Positions 10,100 to 21,066 of a stretch of DNA of 64,000 nt are shown here, piece by piece. The position numbers were made by a program, and so were the translations under genes. Positions within the stretch are counted from its first letter, which is position 1. The number at the start of each line of letters is the position of its first letter. The notes below the pieces were generated by a model. It searched no databases and was not told the DNA's origin. It worked only from the letters and a program-made list of their open reading frames with translations. Source of the DNA: a virus; the IMG/VR virus record IMGVR_UViG_3300044712_000936, positions 23,170 through 87,169 of that record; one strand, written 5' to 3'.

Positions 10100-11210
10100 T
10101 CCTTTTTTAACTTATCAGCAACCAAATTCTCAACTACCGCAGCTGGATCTTTTTTTAATTCTTCCCAAACTTCCTGCCAAAAAACATCGATGTCTGCCCA
10201 ACTCTTTTTGTATATCTTTTTCATTCTTTTGTTGGTTGACTGAATAAATCCACTCAATTCTTCGACACGTGATATAAACTCTAAAGTCTCTTGGTTATTC
10301 AATCCAACCTCTCCTTGTTAGTTCTTCAACCAAAGGTGAATCTTTTGTCCTGATAACGCCACAGTCGGGACAATACTCCGGTAACTGGCACATATGACGC
10401 TTAGCGAATCTTCGACAGGCCGGACAATCCGGCTGATAGTATTCGTATTTTAACTCGTTAAGTGTCATTACCATATATTCTTTCTTTAAACGACTTCTAT
10501 GCTCATCGGTTATCAGTCGTTCTTGTATACTTGCTCCCATATCTTAATACCTTTCTGCTCATCGTCTTTGATTAGCCACAACTCAATTAATGTTCTAAGC
10601 ATTTTTATAGGCTCTGGATAGGTAAGATCGGAACAAGCTGTAATTATTCCTTCTCCCGAACGACTATAAGAAATGGCCCACCATTCCCCGTTATCCTTAT
10701 CGTAATCAAGAGCACAATTACTTTCCACAATCAGCTGTTGGACTAAATTTATGTCTAAAGGCACAATAGGCATAGATTTACGTTTTGCCAGTTCGTTCAT
10801 TAACCCTTGAAACGAGTAGGTTTGGTAACGATTGCTGTGCATAAAAACCTCCGAAACTCCTTTCTATTGAGGAGTCCTTGTTAACCAATCTTCAATTGCG
10901 GCATCAAAATAATCCGCTGCATAAGCTATAGCTGCATCTTCTGAGTCAAAACAAGCCGCATCTTCATCCTTTATACCATCACCAGAAACTACCACCTTTA
11001 CTACTCGCTGCTCAGCATTCCACATAGCCACACATGTTACAGCGCGTACTTTCAACTTTACTACATCAGTTACTGTTCTGCGATAAACTTCCTTCCAATT
11101 AGGAACATATTTTCCCCCAAAAGACTGACAATACCAGCATTTATCAGTATAGTAGTTTCCACATTTAGGGCATTGACTATAGTATCCACTGGAAATTGAG
11201 CCGCCTCTAA

Positions 11211-11248
11211 CAGCCGTTCCACTATAATCAGCCGTTCCACTATAATCA
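11211..11248. repeat. 18-bp perfect tandem duplication inside a CDS
   Basis: CAGCCGTTCCACTATAAT x2, giving DYSGTADYSGTA. Confidence 0.9.
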
Positions 11249-11278
11249 ACCATAAAAACCTCCGTATTACTTACTTTA

Positions 11279-12100
11279 TTATAGTCTACTACCATTTTCA
11301 TACAAAGTCAACAATCTCTTAGCGGATATGTTATAATACTCGAAATTGTTCTCTGCCCCCGCTACTCGTCTCCCCAGTTTATAACATACTTCTGCCGTTG
11401 TTCCACTTCCCATAAAAGGATCAATCACTAAATCACCGGGATTAGTTAAAGACAGCACTAATCTACGAACCAACTCAGTAGGAAACTGGCAGGGATGGGC
11501 TGTTTTTTCAGGATGTCCATTTTTTACATTAACAATATCCCACACATCACCGGGATTTTTACCAAGCGGATTACAGGACAACTCTCCGGCCCTTTTGCCC
11601 CTGAAATACCGTTTGAGGGGAAATTTCTGCGGAACACGCACTGGATCTAGATTAAACACATAATTATCTGACTTAACAAACCATAAAATAGTTTCGTGTC
11701 TGCCAGAAAAACGCAGCTTGTCATGCATCCCAAAACCAAAAGTCCAGATAATACGATTCTTCAACTTCAAATCGTGCTTTTTAAAAAGGTCATAAAACAA
11801 AATATCCAAAGGAAACAGTTCTTTGCTGCGGCCTTTGCCCTGGATATTGTGCCCTACTTGCCAGCAAATACTTCCATTATCAGCCAACACGTCAACACAG
11901 GAATCAATAATACCCTGCATTTCAGCAAGGTAGGATTCCATAGGCTGTTTTTGTTCATAGGATTTTCCAATGTTGTAGGGAGGGGAAGTCACAATCAAAC
12001 GCGCCTTATCACCAGACTGTTTGACTGTTTTTAACATATCTTGGCAGGAGCCTAAATAAAGAGCTATTTCAGAATAGGGTGAATAGTAATTTGAGAGCAT
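11279..12100 (-). CDS. DNA methyltransferase, N4-C/N6-A, beta class
   Basis: TSPPYN motif IV near N-terminus; HPCQFP; DPFMGSGTT motif I near C-terminus. Confidence 0.92.
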   Translation of the reverse strand: MLSNYYSPYSEIALYLGSCQDMLKTVKQSGDKARLIVTSPPYNIGKSYEQKQPMESYLAEMQGIIDSCVDVLADNGSICWQVGHNIQGKGRSKELFPLDILFYDLFKKHDLKLKNRIIWTFGFGMHDKLRFSGRHETILWFVKSDNYVFNLDPVRVPQKFPLKRYFRGKRAGELSCNPLGKNPGDVWDIVNVKNGHPEKTAHPCQFPTELVRRLVLSLTNPGDLVIDPFMGSGTTAEVCYKLGRRVAGAENNFEYYNISAKRLLTLYENGSRL

Positions 12101-12122
12101 GGTATCCTTTTCTATATAATGA

Positions 12123-12196
12123 AGCCTAAGAACGGAATCGAACCGTTAACCTACCGCTTACAAGGCGGTTGCTCTGCCAGATTGAGCTACTCAGGC
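12123..12196 (-). tRNA. tRNA-Thr(UGU)
   Basis: Cloverleaf GCCTGAG..GCTCAATCTGGCAGAGC..ACCGC-CTTGTAA-GCGGT..GGTTCGATTCC; CCA not encoded. Confidence 0.93.
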
Positions 12197-12319
12197 ATAA
12201 ATTAGACCTGTATAAAGTATGATTATTTGCGTAACTAAGTTAGTTGGCTAGTTCCTATCTAGCTACCTATCATACAAGGTTTTCTAATAGGTCGTAAGTG
12301 GGCATGAGATAAATCAAAT

Positions 12320-12781
12320 TTAAGCAAGTTTTATAGCACCGTCTTCAACTTCTCTGTGACAGTTGGCACACAAGAGAATACATTTGTCCAATTCCTCTTG
12401 GATACGATCCCAACTGTGACAAAGCCCCCGTTCTGATAGGCCAAAAGACTTTTTACTAGGATCAACATGATGAAATTCAAGCGCTCTTACACATCGATTG
12501 TACCCGCACACCACACAACAGCCGCCCTTATACTCAATGGCTCTTTCCATCATGCGCTTTCGCCACCTTTTGACGTTAGTGGCACTGCCTCTATTTTTGT
12601 GTATCCTCCCTAATTGACGCGTATTATGCTGACCAAAAGGTGAGCAATCTAAGCAATATTTTCGGTTATGTACACTTCGCTCTTTTCCATCTACAACAAT
12701 ACGATTAGGAAAATGCTTTCTACAATTTTGACATATTGGCATTGGACCTTCTTGTGCGTGTATCTGTATTAATAATATCAT
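12320..12781 (-). CDS. HNH endonuclease (homing-type) between two tRNA genes
   Basis: CVVCGY...LEFHHVDP...LLCANCHRE; N-terminal zinc ribbon. Confidence 0.88.
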   Translation of the reverse strand: MILLIQIHAQEGPMPICQNCRKHFPNRIVVDGKERSVHNRKYCLDCSPFGQHNTRQLGRIHKNRGSATNVKRWRKRMMERAIEYKGGCCVVCGYNRCVRALEFHHVDPSKKSFGLSERGLCHSWDRIQEELDKCILLCANCHREVEDGAIKLA

Positions 12782-12791
12782 AAGGCATTAG

Positions 12792-12864
12792 TGGGCCTTG
12801 TTCGATTCGAACGAACGACCAACAGTTTATGAGACTGCCGCTCTTACCACTGAGCTAAAGGCCC
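12792..12864 (-). tRNA. tRNA with CAU anticodon (Ile2-like; Met not excluded)
   Basis: GGGCCTTTAGCTCAGTGGTAAGAGC..GCAGT-CTCATAA-ACTGT..GTTCGAATC; paired 1:72 argues against initiator. Confidence 0.9.
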
Positions 12865-12879
12865 ATAAATTTAAAATCC

Positions 12880-13005
12880 AAAACCCTGTATCGAGTCTGT
12901 CAAAGCCGCTATCTCCTGACCATTCTAGGATGGTGACTAGGTTCCTTAGCTTACGGCATAATAACGACAGCACAATGACAGCAGAACGCATCGATACAGG
13001 GTTTT
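12880..13005 (-). ncRNA. Candidate rod-shaped structured RNA of unknown family
   Basis: Perfect 15-bp terminal stem AAAACCCTGTATCGA/TCGATACAGGGTTTT with nested helices; sits between a consensus promoter and the tRNA. Confidence 0.5.
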
Positions 13006-13086
13006 CGAGGAGTATTATCTTTTTCCTCGCAACGGTTCATTAACCGCATTTACAGCATACAGATATTAGTCTGTAGTGTTATACTA

Positions 13087-13115
13087 ATTATACTACAACA
13101 GAACCTGCTTGTCAA
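13087..13115 (-). promoter_or_regulatory. Consensus sigma70/sigmaA promoter for the ncRNA/tRNA unit
   Basis: TTGACA-17 nt-TATAAT on minus strand. Confidence 0.85.
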
Positions 13116-13259
13116 TACCATTCTGTGTAGCGTTCCGCAAAAACTGGATACCTATGGAACCAGATAATTCGCTGTGAATTCTCTCTGTAAACACTCCATC
13201 CCAAAGACCACATATGCCGCTTAATATCTAATGTGTTATAGGTGGTCTGGAATTCATCG

Positions 13260-13788
13260 TTATAGCCAGTCATTGTCGTCCCTGTAACAATCCACTAAAT
13301 ACTTAGCGTGTTTCTTAAAAACTACCGATAATAGAGACGGACTTATTTCTAATTCTGGATCATCCTGTCCCAAAGCTAAAATTTCGTAAATAACACCACA
13401 TACAAGTTCGGAAATTTCGTCAGGGTCTTGTGTAAAATTAACGATTGTTCTTGCCAACATCTTACTCATATCAACTACCGTTGTCTGTACAGGATCGTTA
13501 ACCACCGCTAATAGCTCCTTTAATTTTTGCTAAGGCTGATTCAGCATAGTTAACATCAGCCGCCGATGCCATATTCTCAGACATTTGTTCGATGCACACT
13601 TGAGAAAACTCAATAAAATGCTCATTAGCCGCTGCGTTAGCACTAAAAACAAATCCCTCACGAACCAGGGTAGGGAAGTCAGATTTAGTTATTCCCAAAT
13701 AGCGCAACTCAGCCGGACGAAAGGTACGCATAATAGACAAAACAAAATTAACGAACTTAACTTCATTTTTATTCAAGCTAACAGGCAT
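13260..13788 (-). other. Two hypothetical genes (13260-13505, 13498-13788)
   Basis: Translationally coupled to thyX. Confidence 0.6.
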
Positions 13789-14492
13789 TAGAATTTGTCC
13801 TTATATAGTTCAAACGCTTCAGAAGTCCAGGGCATGATAGGTTTGAAAACCTGCTCATAAATACACTTAGCATACTCTCTAATTTCGTATTGAGCATGAG
13901 AGTCCATTCGCAAATTTAGAAAATGCAGTAAATTACGAGCATCAACCGTAAACACCAGTGTAAAATACAAAGCGTAAGCTGGCAAAAACACTCTGGATAA
14001 TTCCTTAGCTACACCATCATGTAAAGCCTGTTCGTACAGTCTGTAACTCGCATCGATATGGTCCTGCAATCTTTTATAATAGCCGAGGCTGGCTACTGTA
14101 TCCAGGTATCCGTCGCTACCCTGTTTGTTGTTGCTGCTTTGTTCCCGCCATGCAGTCGGAACATAGAACTCATTTGCTTCAAATTCTAAATAGCGCCCAC
14201 TGCTGCTGTTAAAGGAAAAGGTTCTGTGTCTAAGCAACTGTATGGTAGCCATCAGCGGCATTTTTACCCTAAATTTCATTGTTACCTGTTCTAGTGGCGT
14301 ATGGTGACGATTTTCAACCAGATAAAACAGCAGCTGCTTATCTTTTTCTGGCCCTTTAGATTCTCCCAAGAAAGATGTACGAGCGGCATTAACAACAGCT
14401 AAATCATCCCCCATCATGTCCTGTAACTCAACATAACCTTTATCCAAAACAGGGAATTGTATGCCGATTATAGTTTGGGCATTTGCATTCAT
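13788..14492 (-). CDS. thyX: FAD-dependent thymidylate synthase
   Basis: VNAARTS, HHTPLE, RHRTFSFNSSSGRY (RHRx7SxR), HAQYEIR. Confidence 0.95.
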   Translation of the reverse strand: MNANAQTIIGIQFPVLDKGYVELQDMMGDDLAVVNAARTSFLGESKGPEKDKQLLFYLVENRHHTPLEQVTMKFRVKMPLMATIQLLRHRTFSFNSSSGRYLEFEANEFYVPTAWREQSSNNKQGSDGYLDTVASLGYYKRLQDHIDASYRLYEQALHDGVAKELSRVFLPAYALYFTLVFTVDARNLLHFLNLRMDSHAQYEIREYAKCIYEQVFKPIMPWTSEAFELYKDKF

Positions 14493-14493
14493 G

Positions 14494-15075
14494 TTAGTCT
14501 ACTTTCGATGGTGTAATCTCTGTTTGCCCCTGATATTTACCATCTTTATCAGCGTAACTTGTCAAACAGGGAGCATTACCAGTAAGAAACAACAACTGAC
14601 CAATACCTTCATTTGCATACACCTTCAAAAAGAAAGGGGTTGTATTGCTCAGTTCTAGGGTGATATACCCCTCCCATTCTGCCTCGATGGGTGTTGTATT
14701 CAAAACTAAACCTGTACGCGCATAGGTTGACTTGCCAACGCATAGACCTGTAATATCTCTTGGAATACTGACATACTCTACTGATTTAGCTAAAGCGAAA
14801 CCGTGCGGTGGCAGCACCACAAACTCGTCAACTACTAGCTTATAGAACAGGTTATCGTCAAAATTCTTTGGATCTAATATTCCCGCCTCGTTTTTGGCAA
14901 CCCAAAATTCGTTACCAACTCTGATGTCATAACCAAACGATGATACACCATAAGAAATGACACCAGGACGCTTAATACCCAAAGAAAAGGGATCAATATG
15001 CTTAATCCCTTCTTCAATAATCCAGCGATCATTTTTAAGCAAGCGTATTTTCCTCGTCTTGGATGTAATACTCAT
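14494..15075 (-). CDS. dcd: dCTP deaminase
   Basis: SYGVSSFGYDIR, GKSTYARTG, TPIEAEWEG, YANEGIGQ, KYQGQ. Confidence 0.95.
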   Translation of the reverse strand: MSITSKTRKIRLLKNDRWIIEEGIKHIDPFSLGIKRPGVISYGVSSFGYDIRVGNEFWVAKNEAGILDPKNFDDNLFYKLVVDEFVVLPPHGFALAKSVEYVSIPRDITGLCVGKSTYARTGLVLNTTPIEAEWEGYITLELSNTTPFFLKVYANEGIGQLLFLTGNAPCLTSYADKDGKYQGQTEITPSKVD

Positions 15076-15324
15076 TCAGCCACGAAAACAGCGAATCAAT
15101 AACTTCACTTCGATCATAGCGGGGGTCAAAAGTTACAACAAACCAGTTTGCCTTTTTATTGACTGCATTCTCTGGATTAAAGAGAGAAACTTTCAAAACT
15201 CCCTCCAGCGTTTCAATCTTTTCCCATAACGCTGTATCGCAAAACAAGCAGAAAAGCCGTGACGACAAACCGAATTCATCTCTGGCAATATAGTTACGTT
15301 TCTTGACTAACTGTGTATGCATAT

Positions 15325-15666
15325 TTATCCTCTGTTTTTTTCGACTAGTTCAACAATTTCATACGACCTTGCAAAGAAGTCAGCACCAATAGGATATACC
15401 TCTCCTTTAACACCAATAGCCAAATAATCACCGGGCTTACCCTCATAATTTGTACCCTCTGGTGTTACACAGGTGAAACTCTCATCCATCAAAATGACAC
15501 GAGTAAGTACCGTTTTACGAGCGTATACAACTTTATCCTGCAAACCATTAGTGATCACATCTTCAACATTCGTAAAAACTTTATTGGACACTGGGAAATA
15601 CCTGCTTTCCATTTTTGAATAGATACAAAGTTTCGCCAGCAAATACAATCTTTGAAAGACAGTCAT
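15325..15666 (-). CDS. PGDYG-like protein
   Basis: TPEG...GKPGDYLAIGVKGEVYP...FARSYE. Confidence 0.6.
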   Translation of the reverse strand: MTVFQRLYLLAKLCIYSKMESRYFPVSNKVFTNVEDVITNGLQDKVVYARKTVLTRVILMDESFTCVTPEGTNYEGKPGDYLAIGVKGEVYPIGADFFARSYEIVELVEKNRG

Positions 15667-16324
15667 CGGCTGAAATAGCCATAGCTACCTGTAAAGCTTC
15701 TGTTATTGTAGATATATCGTGACAAAACGCTTTCCACAATCCGTAGGTTGTCATTGTTTCTACGCGAAAGGTGCTGTGATCTTTTAGCCATTCATCTACT
15801 ATCTTTTGCATGATTATACTCCTGTGCATTCAATTCGTCAACCACATCTTGAGGGAGAATTTTACGAGTATCAAATTCTTCAAACCAATCGAAAGATCGC
15901 ACTACATGAAACACCCCACAGGGAGGATGCATGGGACCATATGTATTAATATATTCCGCCACACTTTGTTCTATGTGCTCCAATGTTTCCCCGCCATCAA
16001 CAAGATGTTGATTAAAGTAAACAGAAACCCATGCCGGATCTTCCTGCTCTACAAAAACAATGGTAGACTTGTAGTGCTGAATGGGATCTAAAAACTGTTT
16101 TTTATTAGAAAAAGCCATAAAAGATTCTGTAATGTACTCAAGCAACGCTTTACCAAGACTATCGTCCCGATTTAACGCTTCGTGTAAAACCTTAGATATT
16201 TCAATTCTAATTTCAACAGCACGACTACCGTACACAGGAGTATACCAGTCAGTACGGAACTTCTCGTTAAACATATTTTCCAGCATCTCGTCAATATAGG
16301 GTCTAACATGCTCCTTAGTATACA

Positions 16325-16639
16325 TTAACGATCATCTCCCGATCCAGCAATCACTCCACGCTCTGCCAGCTTAGCCAAATTGGTTCGAGATATATCGTCT
16401 AAAGTCAAACCACACCAATCAGCCAAATTAGCTACCATCCACATAACGTCGCCTAGTTCGCGTTTGATAGCCTGTCCATTATCGGGAGAAATTACTCCTC
16501 CCTGATCACGCACAATCTTGGCAAAAATTTCCAATACTTCCCCTACTTCCCCGGCAAGACCAAAACACAGATAGGGGGCGTTTAGGGCAGTAGGCAGAGC
16601 AAATTTAACAGCCTCACTTTGGTAGTCATTTAAATGCAT
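16325..16639 (-). CDS. MazG-like nucleotide pyrophosphohydrolase
   Basis: GLAGEVGEV...RELGDVMW...NLAKL..RGVI.GSGDDR. Confidence 0.9.
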   Translation of the reverse strand: MHLNDYQSEAVKFALPTALNAPYLCFGLAGEVGEVLEIFAKIVRDQGGVISPDNGQAIKRELGDVMWMVANLADWCGLTLDDISRTNLAKLAERGVIAGSGDDR

Positions 16640-17145
16640 CGGTATCTCCTACGACATTTCTATATTAAAGCCGACAGGAAAACCTTCACCAGAGAAAATC
16701 TGAAATTCCGTACCGTCAATATGGGCGTAAATGGTATGCTTTGTACCAGTCTGATCCATATAAACGATTGTATGTTCTCCTTGGTATAGGTTTTCCTTCT
16801 GTATTTCCAGCAGCATACTGTACAAAAGCCCGATTCTTAATACAAGACTTTCATAATCCATTACATAAACCTCAAATTAGTCTAGCTTGCTGCCATCGGT
16901 TCTATAACCCATCATATACAACTCAATGCTTAACTGAGCAACTTCTTTCTGCCATGCATTCATCGTAATACCAGTCAATCGCTGTGCAAGTTTATCCATA
17001 GCATAACAAGCAGCCTGAGCACACCGATCCACCAGCCAAGTTATTTTTTCCTGCTCAGAAATAGAGTCGTCCCAGTCAGACCAACCGCAAGCAGGACAAC
17101 TATATCGTGTATAATTTAGTGCTCCGCATTTAGGACAAGGATTCA

Positions 17146-17553
17146 TCATGTACTCCATGTAGCCGAATAATAATTAGTACCGTCCAAACGAACACTACTA
17201 AGTTCTTCCCCATCGAACAACTCTAGGAACTGCTCAAGAGTTTCGATCTCAAGCGCCCAGTAAAACTTTCTGACATCTCTTACATAATAGTTACCTTCCG
17301 TTCGATGATGAGTGCCCTTTTCAAGCCACGCAGTAGGGGGATCGTCATAAACCGTCTCTGTATCGATATATGGCTCACCATCAGAGTTTAACTTAGCAAC
17401 TGGAAAACTACGGGATTGACGACGCATCGTTTCTCTATTTGTATATTCCAGCTTGTATGCCCCGGCAAGAGGGGGGGTTTTAGGGAATGGGTAATCATAA
17501 TCACCACATCCACCATCACTGTACCAACGTCTCGTTTTAAGGACAATAATCAT
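17146..17553 (-). CDS. Hypothetical protein, paralogue of 19170-19571
   Basis: Shared AGA(Y/F)K.EY, VAK.N..G.PYI.TE, HR.EGNYYV.DV. Confidence 0.7.
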   Translation of the reverse strand: MIIVLKTRRWYSDGGCGDYDYPFPKTPPLAGAYKLEYTNRETMRRQSRSFPVAKLNSDGEPYIDTETVYDDPPTAWLEKGTHHRTEGNYYVRDVRKFYWALEIETLEQFLELFDGEELSSVRLDGTNYYSATWST

Positions 17554-18398
17554 ATTCTACACTATCTTTTCTCTATGAATCTTTTGATCGTAACAACGAT
17601 TACACCGATCACAAAGATACGAATCAACCGTGTAACTATATTCATCATCATGAAAATCAACGGTAAGTATAGGCCCATCCAAATGAAAGCCCAACAAACA
17701 ACGGATATTATTATTGGTCGGCATATCTGATACAATTTTTACTACAACACCTTTATAATAAGGTCTTAAAATAAGATATATACCGCCAATAAGAGATACC
17801 GCGCACAATAAAAGAAGTCCTGTATCCACCATTTTATCACCTAGATTGAAAGAACTAGTAAAATAATACCAAACATCACAACCGCACTGTCAAACAACAT
17901 ATCGGTTATCATCTGCTGTAACTCATATATTGTTTCCGGTAAAGGAGAAAAACAGCGCATCAAATTGTAAAACATTGGAACCAGAATGAAACAACCACCG
18001 AAAATAAATGCGAGATCCTTCATCATTGTCTCCTACTACAGCCTAAACCAAATCCAAGTACAAACCCAATCTATAAAGCGATAGACTACAACAAACCACA
18101 AAGCTGTGATAAACACAATAAAGGGCAGGGCTAAAAACAACAATACCGCCAATAGCAAGGACTCAAGCATCCCATTCTCCTAACATATAGTTATGTAATC
18201 TCACCAATAGCTTAATAAGAAGCCAGAATACCTGAGTTGTGTTATAACAACTAGCACGTTCTGTAAAACCAAAAGGTAAGAACTTAACCTCTACAAAAAC
18301 AGATATATCACCCTCATAGATAATCTTCCACTCAAAATCATCCGGTCTTAGACCAGATTGAACAATTAGATCATCATAAACAGGTGCTTCAACTACCA

Positions 18399-19127
18399 TC
18401 AGCTTATCCTTTCTAAAGAATTAATGTAGTATTCCTTATTTGTCTCACTGCCGATGTACAGCCGATCCATCTCTTTACAGGCTTGGGCTGTAGTACCGCT
18501 GCCCATGAAAGGATCATATACAATATCAGTATTGTTTCTGGAATAAACGCCAATTGCCCATTTAGGTAATTCTATAGGAAAAGCTGCACAGTGTTTATTA
18601 ATTCGGGCACTGGACGACCAATCTTCTCCTACAACGCCTCTTTGTGAGAGTTTACGATCTGTTACATATTCCAGATTAGAGCCGTTCTTCTTTCTGAACG
18701 TCCAGATATGCTCATAATCAAATACCGGACGTGGATGGGTGTTACAAACAAACGGGATACCCATTCTAGCAAATCGCTTGCGCCAGATACGAGTCGCCTG
18801 TAAATCCATTCCAGCAAGTTCAACACCCCACCGATAATAATTGATGGACGCCGGATAACAAGCCGGAATATCGGATCGGTAAAACCGATTACCTGAATTG
18901 TAATAATCACCAAAATTAACAACCAGATAACACCCCGGCTTCAAGATGCGATTCCACTCTGTAAAACACCTTTCTAACAAAGAACAATAAGCAGCATAGG
19001 TAATTGTCCGTTCGTATTCTTTGTTTAGGTAATAAGGTGGTGATGTAACAATCAGATCAATGGAACTATCGGGCATAGCTGCCATCGTACACAAACAATC
19101 TTCATTGTAAATAACGTTCGTTTTCAT
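18399..19127 (-). CDS. DNA methyltransferase, N4-C/N6-A, beta class (start revised to ATG 19127)
   Basis: TSPPY, HCAAFP, DPFMGSGTT; the track's TTG start at 19163 is the -35 box of a promoter. Confidence 0.9.
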   Translation of the reverse strand: MKTNVIYNEDCLCTMAAMPDSSIDLIVTSPPYYLNKEYERTITYAAYCSLLERCFTEWNRILKPGCYLVVNFGDYYNSGNRFYRSDIPACYPASINYYRWGVELAGMDLQATRIWRKRFARMGIPFVCNTHPRPVFDYEHIWTFRKKNGSNLEYVTDRKLSQRGVVGEDWSSSARINKHCAAFPIELPKWAIGVYSRNNTDIVYDPFMGSGTTAQACKEMDRLYIGSETNKEYYINSLERIS

Positions 19128-19134
19128 AGTATTC

Positions 19135-19163
19135 ATTATAGGACACTTTGCCTTGGATGTCAA
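19135..19163 (-). promoter_or_regulatory. Consensus sigma70/sigmaA promoter
   Basis: TTGACA-17 nt-TATAAT on minus strand. Confidence 0.85.
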
Positions 19164-19169
19164 TCCTAA

Positions 19170-19571
19170 TTAAGCTATTGTCAACGTAACTGAATAATAG
19201 AACTCGTTGTTGATAGCTCTAATATCAATATCTTCGTTACGGAAACGTGAAATAAACGTATCCAACGAATCAATGTCTAGAACCCAACAAAACGTATTAA
19301 CATCTTTAACATAATAATTTCCTTCAATTCGATGGTTAAAACCGGAATCATTCCAACCTTTAGGGGGCTTTTGGAAACCTTCTTCTGTGCTAATATAAGG
19401 TTTGCCTTTTTCATTAATCTTAGCTACGTATTTTATAACAGGCTGGCGATAGGATTCCACGCGATCCACATATTCCACCTTAAAAGCACCGGCAAAGGGA
19501 GACTGTTCTGGTAAAAAGTGTGTATAATCTCCGTAGGCATCTTGCTTACGAACATCGATAATAAATTTCAT
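19170..19571 (-). CDS. Hypothetical protein, paralogue of 17146-17553
   Basis: Clear by-eye alignment with 17146-17553. Confidence 0.7.
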   Translation of the reverse strand: MKFIIDVRKQDAYGDYTHFLPEQSPFAGAFKVEYVDRVESYRQPVIKYVAKINEKGKPYISTEEGFQKPPKGWNDSGFNHRIEGNYYVKDVNTFCWVLDIDSLDTFISRFRNEDIDIRAINNEFYYSVTLTIA

Positions 19572-20055
19572 GTTAAATTATTCCTCCAACTCAAACAGGA
19601 CAATGGTATATTTTCCCCACCGGGCTAACCACTCGCCGGTCAGAGTTACATGCCTTTCCTCAGTATATTCATAGACATGAATATTTTTGTAGCTAATCCA
19701 CTGGCTTACAAAGGGTGATAATACACGATACCGCTCAGGATGCTCTTTGATATACTTCATATCTATCGCAGACCATTCTTCAACTAGTTGTTTAGCCCGA
19801 TCTAGAGATACACAACTATATAACGGTTTTCCATCACCGTTAAGGTCATTGTAAATAAGATAGATGTTCATTTATCAAGTCCATGCAATCGCTCATAAAA
19901 TACGATCCAACTTGCAATACTATAGGCAAGAGACAATATACAAAAGGGTATACTGATAACGTTCATCAGGGGCATATGAAGTACACTACCATCTACTGCC
20001 AGAAAAAACCCTGTTACACCTAACACCAGAGCATAGGCTAAATACTTATCTGAAT

Positions 20056-20553
20056 TCATTCAACCTCCCAGTAAGCCAGCGGATTTTTATAGTCTGGATA
20101 ATTTTCGTTCAACCAGCTTTTTACATCTTGCAGTGCTGTTTCTCCGGCAGATTTATAAGCTATATCTTTATAGTGGTTCTTTAAAAGGAAATTACCGCCT
20201 CTTGAAAGGTTGTCTAAAAATTCGGTACACACTAGAAAATCGCTGGAATCTAGCACAACAAAACTATACCCATTCTGCTGTGCATATATACGATATTTAC
20301 ACAGTATGTCCAACCAATCTCCACCAGAATTTCCAACCATATATTCAATTCGTAGCCTTTTTAATTCGTCGTATACATACCCATAATGCATACCATCTTC
20401 TACTCGTCTTACATACAAACTCCAATCAACAGGAAACTTCACCCAAATATGTTTACTATCAGGTTTACCTAGAGTAGTAAACCCTAAACACTCCAAATCT
20501 TGTAGGTTAATCGCCGGTATTAAGATAGAATCTGTTTTATTTTTGCGTTTCAT
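20056..20553 (-). CDS. Hypothetical protein, tandem paralogue of 20554-21066
   Basis: Shared LGFT.LG, P..W, DE..RLR..Y, WL.ENYPDY.NP.AYW. Confidence 0.7.
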   Translation of the reverse strand: MKRKNKTDSILIPAINLQDLECLGFTTLGKPDSKHIWVKFPVDWSLYVRRVEDGMHYGYVYDELKRLRIEYMVGNSGGDWLDILCKYRIYAQQNGYSFVVLDSSDFLVCTEFLDNLSRGGNFLLKNHYKDIAYKSAGETALQDVKSWLNENYPDYKNPLAYWEVE

Positions 20554-21066
20554 TTAAATGTCCCAATATGCAAACGGATTTTCATAGTCAGGATAATTCT
20601 CTAACAACCAGTTATCCATCTCGTGATGATCCAGATCTTCAGAATGCAATCTAGGCAAAACAGACTTATGGACACATACACCTTTTGATTTACCCCGCTT
20701 AAGAAATTCTTTTACCCGCGTCTCGTCACGCATAACAGTATGATAATAATAACGCAAACCACCATCAACCATTGAGTCATAACTTGTCCAGAAACGCTTA
20801 GAAAAATATATTTCAGCTTTAAAATTGACGTTCTCAAGATTGTAGTGCCCTCTGAGTCTACCCTGCTCATCAGCAAAATAGTATTCTGTCTTATAAACAG
20901 ATCCCCTATATTCAACCACTGTCCATCCAGCCGGAGGAATGGTATAAACATAGGAATTTTCGACTCTACCCAAAAAAGTAAAGCCTAAATTTTCCATAGG
21001 CTGCATATATTCTTCTTTGATAGGCAAAACTACAGTACGAGACTGCTCTTTCTTTTTACGAAACAT
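20554..21066 (-). CDS. Hypothetical protein, tandem paralogue of 20056-20553
   Basis: Same shared motifs as 20056-20553. Confidence 0.7.
   Translation of the reverse strand: MFRKKKEQSRTVVLPIKEEYMQPMENLGFTFLGRVENSYVYTIPPAGWTVVEYRGSVYKTEYYFADEQGRLRGHYNLENVNFKAEIYFSKRFWTSYDSMVDGGLRYYYHTVMRDETRVKEFLKRGKSKGVCVHKSVLPRLHSEDLDHHEMDNWLLENYPDYENPFAYWDI

Larger units (their letters stand above)
9390..11301 (-). other. Run of short tightly packed hypothetical genes (9390-9608, 9605-9859, 9837-10058, 10096-10302, 10295-10540, 10513-10842, 10864-11301)
   Basis: Co-directional overlapping start/stop codons; two carry CxxC zinc-ribbon motifs. Confidence 0.65.

Noticed and set aside
12798-13043. Plus-strand ORF, and likewise 44594-44782 and 45259-45456
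   Set aside because: Antisense shadows of tRNA and ncRNA genes
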